Shown one piece after another: positions 12,627 through 26,686 of a stretch of 64,000 nucleotides of DNA. Under the pieces are notes generated by a model. That model worked only from the letters and a program-made list of their open reading frames with translations, was not told where the DNA came from and searched no databases. Each line of letters begins with the position of its first letter. Within the stretch, counting starts at the first letter, position 1. This stretch comes from Eledone cirrhosa. Lineage: Eukaryota. The stretch spans positions 1,922,001 to 1,986,000 of the forward strand of contig OZ024743.1 of assembly GCA_964016885.1 (NCBI GenBank), in the 5' to 3' direction. The position numbers were made by a program, and so were the translations under genes.

Positions 12627-15600
12627 TACAAATATATATATGCGTACGAAAGTGTGGTTACATGATGCCTATGCGAGATGTGCGACCCTGCATGGTAGTG
12701 AGACATGGACAGCAACTGCAGAGGGTATGCGATGGCTGGAGAGAAATGAAGCAAGCACGCTCCGTTGGATGTGCAATGTCAATGTGCGGGAACGACCAAG
12801 CATAAACGAGTTGAGAGAGAAACTGTGTTTAAGAGGGATAAGTTGTGGTGTGCAAGAGAGGACTGAGATGGTATGGACATGTGATGCGCATGGAGGTTGA
12901 GCGCTGGGTAAAGAAGGGAGACGCAGTAGAGGAAGACCACGAAAAACATGGGTGGAGGTGGTGAGAGCCGACTTCAGATCGCTGAAACTCACCAAGGAGA
13001 TGACGAAGGACCGTGACAAGTGAAGAGATGCTTTGCTCAAGAGGACCTGTCCCACCCTTTCAAGCAGGGAAAAGCGGACGTAAAATGATGAACAGACGAT
13101 GATAATGATGCTCTCTATATATCTATCTCTCTATCAATCTATCCAGATATCTGTGCATCAGTCTATCTATTTACCTACACTTCTCACTCCGTCTCAGGAT
13201 CACCGAGACATCACCAACAACCAACCCACGCTGTGGGAAACAGTCCTCCCCGGGGCACACCCTGGTACTTCACACCATCTGTCTGTCTCGCTGCCTAACT
13301 ACCGAGAAATCCGGCTTCTGTGCTTGCCTAATTTGTAGGTTATTAGGCAGTTGGCAGGTTTGCGGAAGTTGGTTTTGCAAATGGTTAAAACACTTGCATC
13401 ACAAAATTCAAATAGCATCACTCCTTGTTTTATCTTTCTCGTCTTTACCTAGGCCTGCATAAGTTAGTATTACGGTTAGTGTTACTGTTAGCGTTACGGC
13501 TAGTTTTAGGGTTAATTGAGAGCAAGAAACTGCTGCTAGGTAAAGACAAGAAATTCTGCATTTACAAGCAATTTTTACAAACAGCCACAATGACAGGACG
13601 GAGACATCGTTATGCTAGCAGGGGATTTCAATGGTCATGTTGGACAGCTCTACGATGGTTACACTGAGGTACATGTTGGGCACACTTACGGCTTAAGAAA
13701 TGAAGCAGTGAAACTTCTTGAATTTTGCGATGCAATTGCACTAACCATCTACAACACTAACTTACACAAATCTGCCAACCACCTAATAACCTACAAATCA
13801 GGCAAGCACATAAGCCAGATTGACTTCTTGCTAGTTAGGCAGCGGGACAGGCAGATGGTGTCAAATACAAAGGCATACCCCGGGGAAGAATGTACCCCAC
13901 AGCATAGGTTAGTCGTTAGTGATATCTCATTAAGCAAGAGACTGAATGAGACATACAGGAAGGTGTGGAAAAAAGAAAGGTCTGGAAGCTAAAAGAGCTC
14001 TCACTAAAATACAAATTTAGGAAAGCCCTTCAATATGTGTATGATGAAAAAGAAGACGATTTAGAGTCGTACAACATAGATGATAACTGGAATTTCTTAT
14101 GCGATACCTTACTGCAGGTTACTGATGAAACTTGTGGCTGGATCAGAGTTCCAACCAGACAGAGAGTGACATGGTGGTGGGACAGCACGGTAGATCGGGC
14201 CATTGGAGACTAAAGACTAGCATGGAATGCTTGCAAAATTAGTGCGAGTAGAGAAGAATATACAGCCGCTAAGAGAGAAGCTAGACGTCAGGTGTACTTA
14301 GCATGCAAGGAGGCTGCTCGACGACGTGCGCTGTTCCGTACTGCAAGGCAGTGTGTCAGTGCAAATCGGGATTAAGTCTGTCCGCAATGATGCCGCTGTA
14401 CTTTGTGTCACGAATGAGTGTTGATGAGTAGAAAAGAGGACAAAACTCTATTCCGTCAGGGAAATGGCCATGTTCGATATGCAGAAACGGAACTGGCATA
14501 AATTATATAAAACGTACACAAAAGATCGAGTGCGATAGCAGGCACGTAGTGGGATAGCAGGCAAACTAACAGCATATTTTGATTATAATAAAACAAATAA
14601 TAATAGTAATAATAATAATAATAATCGTCATTGTTCTTTTCTTCTGTGCCTTTCTTTGCCTTCTCTGTCATCTGAATAACAAAAATAAAAGAAAAAAAGA
14701 ATCTTAAACATATGTTGCCTTTACAAAGTGCTGTGATCAAAGTAGCTTTTAAGCAATTTCCTAACTAACAAACAACATCAACAAAATATATACAAATATC
14801 TTTGAATGTCAAGTCCACCAAGAGAAAATAGTCATAATGTACTTACAGATACAATGCTAGGGACTCGCATCAATGAGTTTTAGTAGAAAATGACTGACTG
14901 ACTGTTGAGGGACAGAGGTGCGTTTTCAAATATTTATCAATTCACAACAAAGCCTCACAAAGCTACATCATAATGCAAACTCACAACACCCTTCTTATGC
15001 AACCTCACCAAGCAACCCCACAACACAACCTCACGTTCACAATTCACAACACTCAACAAGGCATTCGTTATCTAGGGTTTACAGTAAACATAGCGAGGTA
15101 AAACACACCCAGTACACTCTGTAAAGTGGTCATTAGGTTAAGATTAAACTGAAATCATACCTCCATTGTCGTTGGCGTATATTTTCTCTAAAACTTAATT
15201 TCATTGCTTTCATTTCTCTTCTTTTTCTTCTATTCCATCTAAATATGAAAAAAATTATACAGGTCATTTCGTCTTATCAAGAGGTCCATTTAAAAAAAAA
15301 AAAAAAAAAAAAAAAAACCCGAGATAATACCTTAAAATAATGGTAAAAAAAGTGTTTAATTACGAAAATCCTTTGAAATAACTTCCTCGCTCTTACTGGT
15401 CATACCTGCAAAACACAAAACACTAGCGTTAGAGTGAACAGTGCAGTGCAGTGCAGTGCAGTGCAGTGCAGTGTAGTGTAGTGTAATTTAGTATGGTGCA
15501 GTTTAGTGGCACAGTACACTGTAAAACATTTAGCCAATCTCTCAGACATTTACAAATCTTTCAAGATATATATATATATATATATATATATATGGGAGAG

Positions 15601-16284
15601 AGAGAAATTACCCTCAGTAGATCAGACAGAGGGACCAGCTATTGAGATTAACGAATATAGGGTCCAAGAGGCGATTAAGGAAATGAAAAATGGTGAGGCT
15701 GCTGGACCATCGGAGATAGTTGCTGAGATGCTGAAGGCCTCAGGGGACGTAGGCACTAAACTGGTTGCACACATCATCAATCAGGCTATATATGGCAGTG
15801 TCATACCCAAAGACTAGTGCAAAAGTAAAGGGGACGCTCTTGAGAGGAGAAATTATAGGGATATAAAACTGATGGATCAGGTTATGAAAGTGGCAGAAAG
15901 GATATTAGCACAACTAATTAGAGAAAGGGTCAAACTAGATGAGATGCAGTTTGGTTTTGTGCCTGGGACTAGTACAACAGATGCCCTCTTCTTGATGAGA
16001 CAATTACAAGAGAGGTTCTTAGAGAAAAATAAGCCACTATACTTAGCCTTTGTTGACCTAGAGAAGGCCTTTGATAGGGTACGCCGATCTGTCATCTTAT
16101 TATTTAACCTATAAATGGGGCCCCAACAGGTACTACTACACCAGGCCAGAGCAGACCTGGGAGTTATGACAACTAAGGGGGTAACTCCACGTTCCCCACA
16201 GTTCCTCCTGAACTTGAGCCTTGCCACTGGATGTAGTTTAATGTCATACCCAGGACAAATATATACATACATATATATATACAT

Positions 16285-16337
<53 letters not shown>

Positions 16338-19300
16338 TACAAATATATATATGCGTACGAAAGTGTGGTTACATGATGCCTATGCGAGATGTGCGACCCT
16401 GCATGGTAGTGAGACATGGACAGCAACTGCAGAGGGTATGCGATGGCTGGAGAGAAATGAAGCAAGCACGCTCCGTTGGATGTGCAATGTCAATGTGCGG
16501 GAACGACCAAGCATAAACGAGTTGAGAGAGAAACTGTGTTTAAGAGGGATAAGTTGTGGTGTGCAAGAGAGGACTGAGATGGTATGGACATGTGATGCGC
16601 ATGGAGGTTGAGCGCTGGGTAAAGAAGGGAGACGCAGTAGAGGAAGACCACGAAAAACATGGGTGGAGGTGGTGAGAGCCGACTTCAGATCGCTGAAACT
16701 CACCAAGGAGATGACGAAGGACCGTGACAAGTGAAGAGATGCTTTGCTCAAGAGGACCTGTCCCACCCTTTCAAGCAGGGAAAAGCGGACGTAAAATGAT
16801 GAACAGACGATGATAATGATGCTCTCTATATATCTATCTCTCTATCAATCTATCCAGATATCTGTGCATCAGTCTATCTATTTACCTACACTTCTCACTC
16901 CGTCTCAGGATCACCGAGACATCACCAACAACCAACCCACGCTGTGGGAAACAGTCCTCCCCGGGGCACACCCTGGTACTTCACACCATCTGTCTGTCTC
17001 GCTGCCTAACTACCGAGAAATCCGGCTTCTGTGCTTGCCTAATTTGTAGGTTATTAGGCAGTTGGCAGGTTTGCGGAAGTTGGTTTTGCAAATGGTTAAA
17101 ACACTTGCATCACAAAATTCAAATAGCATCACTCCTTGTTTTATCTTTCTCGTCTTTACCTAGGCCTGCATAAGTTAGTGTTACGGTTAGTGTTACTGTT
17201 AGCGTTACGGCTAGTTTTAGGGTTAATTGAGAGCAAGAAACTGCTGCTAGGTAAAGACAAGAAATTCTGCATTTACAAGCAATTTTTACAAACAGCCACA
17301 ATGACAGGACGGAGACATCGTTATGCTAGCAGGGGATTTCAATGGTCATGTTGGACAGCTCTACGATGGTTACACTGAGGTACATGTTGGGCACACTTAC
17401 GGCTTAAGAAATGAAGCAGTGAAACTTCTTGAATTTTGCGATGCAATTGCACTAACCATCTACAACACTAACTTACACAAATCTGCCAACCACCTAATAA
17501 CCTACAAATCAGGCAAGCACATAAGCCAGATTGACTTCTTGCTAGTTAGGCAGCGGGACAGGCAGATGGTGTCAAATACAAAGGCATACCCCGGGGAAGA
17601 ATGTACCCCACAGCATAGGTTAGTCGTTAGTGATATCTCATTAAGCAAGAGACTGAATGAGACATACAGGAAGGTGTGGAAAAAAGAAAGGTCTGGAAGC
17701 TAAAAGAGCTCTCACTAAAATACAAATTTAGGAAAGCCCTTCAATATGTGTATGATGAAAAAGAAGACGATTTAGAGTCGTACAACATAGATGATAACTG
17801 GAATTTCTTATGCGATACCTTACTGCAGGTTACTGATGAAACTTGTGGCTGGATCAGAGTTCCAACCAGACAGAGAGTGACATGGTGGTGGGACAGCACG
17901 GTAGATCGGGCCATTGGAGACTAAAGACTAGCATGGAATGCTTGCAAAATTAGTGCGAGTAGAGAAGAATATACAGCCGCTAAGAGAGAAGCTAGACGTC
18001 AGGTGTACTTAGCATGCAAGGAGGCTGCTCGACGACGTGCGCTGTTCCGTACTGCAAGGCAGTGTGTCAGTGCAAATCGGGATTAAGTCTGTCCGCAATG
18101 ATGCCGCTGTACTTTGTGTCACGAATGAGTGTTGATGAGTAGAAAAGAGGACAAAACTCTATTCCGTCAGGGAAATGGCCATGTTCGATATGCAGAAACG
18201 GAACTGGCATAAATTATATAAAACGTACACAAAAGATCGAGTGCGATAGCAGGCACGTAGTGGGATAGCAGGCAAACTAACAGCATATTTTGATTATAAT
18301 AAAACAAATAATAATAGTAATAATAATAATAATAATCGTCATTGTTCTTTTCTTCTGTGCCTTTCTTTGCCTTCTCTGTCATCTGAATAACAAAAATAAA
18401 AGAAAAAAAGAATCTTAAACATATGTTGCCTTTACAAAGTGCTGTGATCAAAGTAGCTTTTAAGCAATTTCCTAACTAACAAACAACATCAACAAAATAT
18501 ATACAAATATCTTTGAATGTCAAGTCCACCAAGAGAAAATAGTCATAATGTACTTACAGATACAATGCTAGGGACTCGCATCAATGAGTTTTAGTAGAAA
18601 ATGACTGACTGACTGTTGAGGGACAGAGGTGCGTTTTCAAATATTTATCAATTCACAACAAAGCCTCACAAAGCTACATCATAATGCAAACTCACAACAC
18701 CCTTCTTATGCAACCTCACCAAGCAACCCCACAACACAACCTCACGTTCACAATTCACAACACTCAACAAGGCATTCGTTATCTAGGGTTTACAGTAAAC
18801 ATAGCGAGGTAAAACACACCCAGTACACTCTGTAAAGTGGTCATTAGGTTAAGATTAAACTGAAATCATACCTCCATTGTCGTTGGCGTATATTTTCTCT
18901 AAAACTTAATTTCATTGCTTTCATTTCTCTTCTTTTTCTTCTATTCCATCTAAATATGAAAAAAATTATACAGGTCATTTCGTCTTATCAAGAGGTCCAT
19001 TTAAAAAAAAAAAAAAAAAAAAAAAAAACCCGAGATAATACCTTAAAATAATGGTAAAAAAAGTGTTTAATTACGAAAATCCTTTGAAATAACTTCCTCG
19101 CTCTTACTGGTCATACCTGCAAAACACAAAACACTAGCGTTAGAGTGAACAGTGCAGTGCAGTGCAGTGCAGTGCAGTGCAGTGTAGTGTAGTGTAATTT
19201 AGTATGGTGCAGTTTAGTGGCACAGTACACTGTAAAACATTTAGCCAATCTCTCAGACATTTACAAATCTTTCAAGATATATATATATATATATATATAT

Positions 19301-19995
19301 ATATGGGAGAGAGAGAAATTACCCTCAGTAGATCAGACAGAGGGACCAGCTATTGAGATTAACGAATATAGGGTCCAAGAGGCGATTAAGGAAATGAAAA
19401 ATGGTGAGGCTGCTGGACCATCGGAGATAGTTGCTGAGATGCTGAAGGCCTCAGGGGACGTAGGCACTAAACTGGTTGCACACATCATCAATCAGGCTAT
19501 ATATGGCAGTGTCATACCCAAAGACTAGTGCAAAAGTAAAGGGGACGCTCTTGAGAGGAGAAATTATAGGGATATAAAACTGATGGATCAGGTTATGAAA
19601 GTGGCAGAAAGGATATTAGCACAACTAATTAGAGAAAGGGTCAAACTAGATGAGATGCAGTTTGGTTTTGTGCCTGGGAATAGTACAACAGATGCCCTCT
19701 TCTTGATGAGACAATTACAAGAGAGGTTCTTAGAGAAAAATAAGCCACTATACTTAGCCTTTGTTGACCTAGAGAAGGCCTTTGATAGGGTACGCCGATC
19801 TGTCATCTTATTATTTAACCTATAAATGGGGCCCCAACAGGTACTACTACACCAGGCCAGAGCAGACCTGGGAGTTATGACAACTAAGGGGGTAACTCCA
19901 CGTTCCCCACAGTTCCTCCTGAACTTGAGCCTTGCCACTGGATGTAGTTTAATGTCATACCCAGGACAAATATATACATACATATATATATACAT

Positions 19996-20046
<51 letters not shown>

Positions 20047-23000
20047 TACAAATATATATATGCGTACGAAAGTGTGGTTACATGATGCCTATGCGAGATG
20101 TGCGACCCTGCATGGTAGTGAGACATGGACAGCAACTGCAGAGGGTATGCGATGGCTGGAGAGAAATGAAGCAAGCACGCTCCGTTGGATGTGCAATGTC
20201 AATGTGCGGGAACGACCAAGCATAAACGAGTTGAGAGAGAAACTGTGTTTAAGAGGGATAAGTTGTGGTGTGCAAGAGAGGACTGAGATGGTATGGACAT
20301 GTGATGCGCATGGAGGTTGAGCGCTGGGTAAAGAAGGGAGACGCAGTAGAGGAAGACCACGAAAAACATGGGTGGAGGTGGTGAGAGCCGACTTCAGATC
20401 GCTGAAACTCACCAAGGAGATGACGAAGGACCGTGACAAGTGAAGAGATGCTTTGCTCAAGAGGACCTGTCCCACCCTTTCAAGCAGGGAAAAGCGGACG
20501 TAAAATGATGAACAGACGATGATAATGATGCTCTCTATATATCTATCTCTCTATCAATCTATCCAGATATCTGTGCATCAGTCTATCTATTTACCTACAC
20601 TTCTCACTCCGTCTCAGGATCACCGAGACATCACCAACAACCAACCCACGCTGTGGGAAACAGTCCTCCCCGGGGCACACCCTGGTACTTCACACCATCT
20701 GTCTGTCTCGCTGCCTAACTACCGAGAAATCCGGCTTCTGTGCTTGCCTAATTTGTAGGTTATTAGGCAGTTGGCAGGTTTGCGGAAGTTGGTTTTGCAA
20801 ATGGTTAAAACACTTGCATCACAAAATTCAAATAGCATCACTCCTTGTTTTATCTTTCTCGTCTTTACCTAGGCCTGCATAAGTTAGTGTTACGGTTAGT
20901 GTTACTGTTAGCGTTACGGCTAGTTTTAGGGTTAATTGAGAGCAAGAAACTGCTGCTAGGTAAAGACAAGAAATTCTGCATTTACAAGCAATTTTTACAA
21001 ACAGCCACAATGACAGGACGGAGACATCGTTATGCTAGCAGGGGATTTCAATGGTCATGTTGGACAGCTCTACGATGGTTACACTGAGGTACATGTTGGG
21101 CACACTTACGGCTTAAGAAATGAAGCAGTGAAACTTCTTGAATTTTGCGATGCAATTGCACTAACCATCTACAACACTAACTTACACAAATCTGCCAACC
21201 ACCTAATAACCTACAAATCAGGCAAGCACATAAGCCAGATTGACTTCTTGCTAGTTAGGCAGCGGGACAGGCAGATGGTGTCAAATACAAAGGCATACCC
21301 CGGGGAAGAATGTACCCCACAGCATAGGTTAGTCGTTAGTGATATCTCATTAAGCAAGAGACTGAATGAGACATACAGGAAGGTGTGGAAAAAAGAAAGG
21401 TCTGGAAGCTAAAAGAGCTCTCACTAAAATACAAATTTAGGAAAGCCCTTCAATATGTGTATGATGAAAAAGAAGACGATTTAGAGTCGTACAACATAGA
21501 TGATAACTGGAATTTCTTATGCGATACCTTACTGCAGGTTACTGATGAAACTTGTGGCTGGATCAGAGTTCCAACCAGACAGAGAGTGACATGGTGGTGG
21601 GACAGCACGGTAGATCGGGCCATTGGAGACTAAAGACTAGCATGGAATGCTTGCAAAATTAGTGCGAGTAGAGAAGAATATACAGCCGCTAAGAGAGAAG
21701 CTAGACGTCAGGTGTACTTAGCATGCAAGGAGGCTGCTCGACGACGTGCGCTGTTCCGTACTGCAAGGCAGTGTGTCAGTGCAAATCGGGATTAAGTCTG
21801 TCCGCAATGATGCCGCTGTACTTTGTGTCACGAATGAGTGTTGATGAGTAGAAAAGAGGACAAAACTCTATTCCGTCAGGGAAATGGCCATGTTCGATAT
21901 GCAGAAACGGAACTGGCATAAATTATATAAAACGTACACAAAAGATCGAGTGCGATAGCAGGCACGTAGTGGGATAGCAGGCAAACTAACAGCATATTTT
22001 GATTATAATAAAACAAATAATAATAGTAATAATAATAATAATAATCGTCATTGTTCTTTTCTTCTGTGCCTTTCTTTGCCTTCTCTGTCATCTGAATAAC
22101 AAAAATAAAAGAAAAAAAGAATCTTAAACATATGTTGCCTTTACAAAGTGCTGTGATCAAAGTAGCTTTTAAGCAATTTCCTAACTAACAAACAACATCA
22201 ACAAAATATATACAAATATCTTTGAATGTCAAGTCCACCAAGAGAAAATAGTCATAATGTACTTACAGATACAATGCTAGGGACTCGCATCAATGAGTTT
22301 TAGTAGAAAATGACTGACTGACTGTTGAGGGACAGAGGTGCGTTTTCAAATATTTATCAATTCACAACAAAGCCTCACAAAGCTACATCATAATGCAAAC
22401 TCACAACACCCTTCTTATGCAACCTCACCAAGCAACCCCACAACACAACCTCACGTTCACAATTCACAACACTCAACAAGGCATTCGTTATCTAGGGTTT
22501 ACAGTAAACATAGCGAGGTAAAACACACCCAGTACACTCTGTAAAGTGGTCATTAGGTTAAGATTAAACTGAAATCATACCTCCATTGTCGTTGGCGTAT
22601 ATTTTCTCTAAAACTTAATTTCATTGCTTTCATTTCTCTTCTTTTTCTTCTATTCCATCTAAATATGAAAAAAATTATACAGGTCATTTCGTCTTATCAA
22701 GAGGTCCATTTTAAAAAAAAAAAAAAAAAAAAAAAACCCGAGATAATACCTTAAAATAATGGTAAAAAAAGTGTTTAATTACGAAAATCCTTTGAAATAA
22801 CTTCCTCGCTCTTACTGGTCATACCTGCAAAACACAAAACGGTAGCATTAGAGTGAACAGGGATGCGCTGTAAAAGGATTCAGTATGGTGCATATTTAGC
22901 CAATCTCTCAGACATTTAAAAAGCTTTCAGGATGTTTATCTGTGTGTGTGTCTGTCTGTCTATAAATATATAATTATATATATACATACATACATACATA

Positions 23001-23109
23001 CATACATACATACATACATACAGAGAGAATGAGAAAGAGATACATACATATATATGTATGTATGCATGTGTGTGTATATATATATACATACATACATACA
23101 CATACCTAT

Positions 23110-24132
23110 CTATCTATCTATCTAAGGCGGGTAAAATTCACGAGATCCATGGACAATATCTCTTCAGCGGTCTCTGTCCCTCATTATAGCTGCATTGTCC
23201 TAGGTCTCCAACAGACCAGCGTCTGTCCTTAGGGCATCAACATATGTTAACCTCAGTCTCCTGTGTCGCTTTTGAGCTGAATTCTTAATCCTCAGTGTAT
23301 ACTAGTTAATGTTCAGTGTATACTAATTAATGTTCAGGCTTTTCTCTTCTCAAACACATCATCTTCCGTATTCCCAATCTTTGCTCCCAAATACAGGCAG
23401 TCCTCAACCAATTCTAGCAGCTCCCCGCTTACATTAGTAATCTTCTCTAGCTTATTAATATTCTCTAGCAGATATTTTGTCTTGATCTCATTCATTCTCA
23501 GCCCGACACTCATCGACAGTCTCAACCTCCTGCATAAAATCCTCTGCCTCCTTCACTGTGTTTGTCATCAAAACTAATTCAGCATCCAATGTCTTTTTCG
23601 CTTTAACTCTCATGCTCTGAGCTGGTGTTACAGTAAAGCCAGAGTCTTGGTGTTTCTCCAGCGCAAGGCGCATACAACAGTCCACTATGATGATAAAAAG
23701 ATAGGGAGCCAATGTATTTCCCTGGAGCACTCCAGCCAGTATCTCAAAGAACTCTGTCATCCCATCAGGTGTAATGACTTGGGATTTGGTGTAGAGCAGC
23801 GATATCAGGTCCACTAGCTTCTTGGGGATTCCATAAACCTGGAAGAGCTTCATCAAGCAGTGACAGTCCACAGAAAGCATGACCGCAAGAAGGCAGTTTA
23901 CCCTAGTGCTGTTAAATACACTCTCCATATTTTTGTCAATGTCTAACAATACCTTACCAGCACCACTCGAATAAGGTCATTATTTAACCTATAAATGGAG
24001 CCCTAACAGGTACTACTATTCCGGGCCAGAGAAAACCTGGGAGTTTTGACAACTAAGGGGTAACTCCACATTCCCCACAGTTCCTGAACTCGAGCCTTGC
24101 CACTGGATGTAGTTTAATGTCATACCCAGGAC
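23110..24132 (-). mobile_element. Internally deleted RTE-like LINE (second family)
   Basis: YGIPKKLVDLISLLY, GVLQGNTLAPYLFIIIVD, GLRMNEIKTKYL, YLGAKI motifs. Ends in a (TAGA)n tail. Confidence 0.85.
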
Positions 24133-26654
24133 AAATATATACATACATATATATATATACATACACATACATATATACATATATACAAATATATATATGC
24201 GTACGAAAGTGTGGTTACATGATGTCTATGCGAGATGTGCGACGCTGCATGGTAGTGAGACATGGACAGCAACTGCAGAGGATATGCGATGGCTGGAGAG
24301 AAATGAAGCAAGCATACTCCGTTGGATGTGCAATGTCAATGTGCGGGAACGACCAAGCATAAACGAGTTGAGAGAGAAACTGTGTTTAAGAGGGATAAGT
24401 TGTGGTGTGCAAGAGAGGACTGAGATGGTATGGACATGTGATGCGCATGGAGGTTGAGCGCTGGGTAAAGAAGGGAGACGCAGTAGAGGAAGACCACGAA
24501 AAACATGGGTGGAGGTGGTGAGAGCTGACTTCAGATCGCTGAAACTCACCAAGGAGATGACGAAGGACCGTGACAAGTGAAGAGATGCTTTGCTCAAGAG
24601 GACCTGTCCCACCCTTTCAAGCAGGGAAAAGCGGACGTAAAATGATGAACAGACGATGATAATGATGCTCTCTATATATCTATCTCTCTATCAATCTATC
24701 CAGATATCTGTGCATCAGTCTATCTATTTACCTATAAACACCCTCCTGCACGTCTCACTCCGTCTCAGGATCACCGAGACATCACCAACAACCAACCCAC
24801 GCTGTGGGAAACATTCCTCCCCGGGGGCACATCCTGGTACTTCACACCATCTGTCTGTCTCGCTGCCTAATTACCGAGAAATCCGGCTTCTGTGCTTGCC
24901 TAATTTGTAGGTTATTAGGCAGTTGGCAGGTTTGCGGAAGTTGGTTTTGCAAATGGTTAAAACACTTGCATCACAAAATTCAAGAAGCATCACTCCTTGT
25001 TTTATCTTTCTCATCTTTACCTAGGCCTGCATAAGTTAGTGTTACGGTTAGTGTTACGGTTAGCGTTACGGCTAGTTTTAGGGTTAATTGAGGGCAAGAA
25101 ACTAGGTAAAGAAAAGAAAGACTATATTTACAAGCAATTTTTACAAACAGCCACAATGACAGGACGGAGACATCGTTATGCTAGCGGGGGATTTCAATGG
25201 TCATGTTGGACAGCTCTAGGATGGTTACACTGAGGTACATGTTGGGCACACTTACGGCTTAAGAAATGAAGCAGTGAAACTTCTTGAATTTTGCGATGCA
25301 ATTGCACTAACCATCTACAACACTAACTTACACAAATCTGCCAACCACCTAATAACCTACAAATCAGGCAAGCACATAAGCCAGATTGACTTCTTGCAAG
25401 TTAGGCAGCGGGACAGGCAGATGGTGTCAAATACAAAGGCATGAATGAGACATACAGGAAGGTGTGGAAAAAAGAAAGGTCTGGAAGCTAAAAGAGCTTT
25501 CACTAAAATACAAATTTAGGAAAGCCCTTCAATATATGTATGATGAAAAAGAAGACGATTTAGAGTCGTACAACATAGATGATAACTGGAATTTCTTATG
25601 CGATACCTTACTGCAGGTTAATGATGAAACTTGTGGCTGAATCAGAGTTCCGACCAGACAGAGAGTGACATGGTGGTGGGACAGCACGGTAGATCGGGCC
25701 ATTGGAGACTAAAGACTAGCATGGAATGCTTGGAAAATTAGTGCGAGTAGAGAAGAATATACAGCCGCTAAGAGAGAAGCTAGACGTCAGGTGTACTTAG
25801 CACGCAAGGAGGCTGCTCGACAAGAAGATCAAAGACGCGCTGTGTTCCGTATTGCGAGGCTGTGTGTCGGTGCAAATCGAGATTAAGTTTGTCTGCTTAA
25901 TGATGCCGGCGTACTTAGTTTCACGGATGGTCAGAAAAAAAAAGGCCTGGAAATGTCATTAAGAGAGACTGATGAATGTGGAGACCCAATGTGAGAAAGA
26001 GAGAAATCCCCCCCCCCCCAGTACATCCGACAGAGGGATCAGCTATTCAGATTGACGAATATATGGTCTAAGAGGCGATTAAGGAAATGAATAATGGTAA
26101 GGCCGCTGGACCATCAGGAATAGTTGCTGAGATGCTGCAGGCATCAGGGGACATAGACCCTAAACTGGTTGCACGCTTCATCAAATCAGGCTATATATGT
26201 CGGTTTTGTACTCAAAGACTGCTGCAGCAATATTCTCGTAAATTGCTACAAAGGTAAAGGGGATGTTCTGGACATGAGCAATTATAGAGGAATAAAGCTG
26301 ATGGATCAGGTTGTGAAAGTGGCAGAAAGGATATTAGCGCAACTAATTATAGAAAGGGTCCAACTAGATGCGATGCAGTTTGGTTATGTGCCTGGGAAAA
26401 GTGCAACAGATACCCTCTTAGCGAGACAACTACAAGAGAGGTTCTTAGAAGCCACTATACTTAGCTTTTGTTGAAATAAATTCCTTTCTCTTACTGATCA
26501 TAACTGCAAAATAAAAAACTGTAGCGTTAGCGTGAACAGTACAGTGCAGTGCAGTGTAGTGTGATTTAGTATGGTGCAGTTTCGTGGCACAGTACACTGT
26601 AAAACATTTAGCCAATCTCTCAGACATTTACAAATATTTCAAGATATATATATA

Positions 26655-26686
<32 letters not shown>

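Larger units (their letters stand above)
1548..22840. repeat. Type A macrosatellite: about six tandem units of ~3.71 kb (last one truncated)
   Basis: The same marker ORF recurs at 1973, 5686, 9397, 13099, 16810 and 20519 (periods 3713, 3711, 3702, 3711, 3709). Differences are mostly microsatellite length. Confidence 0.98.
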
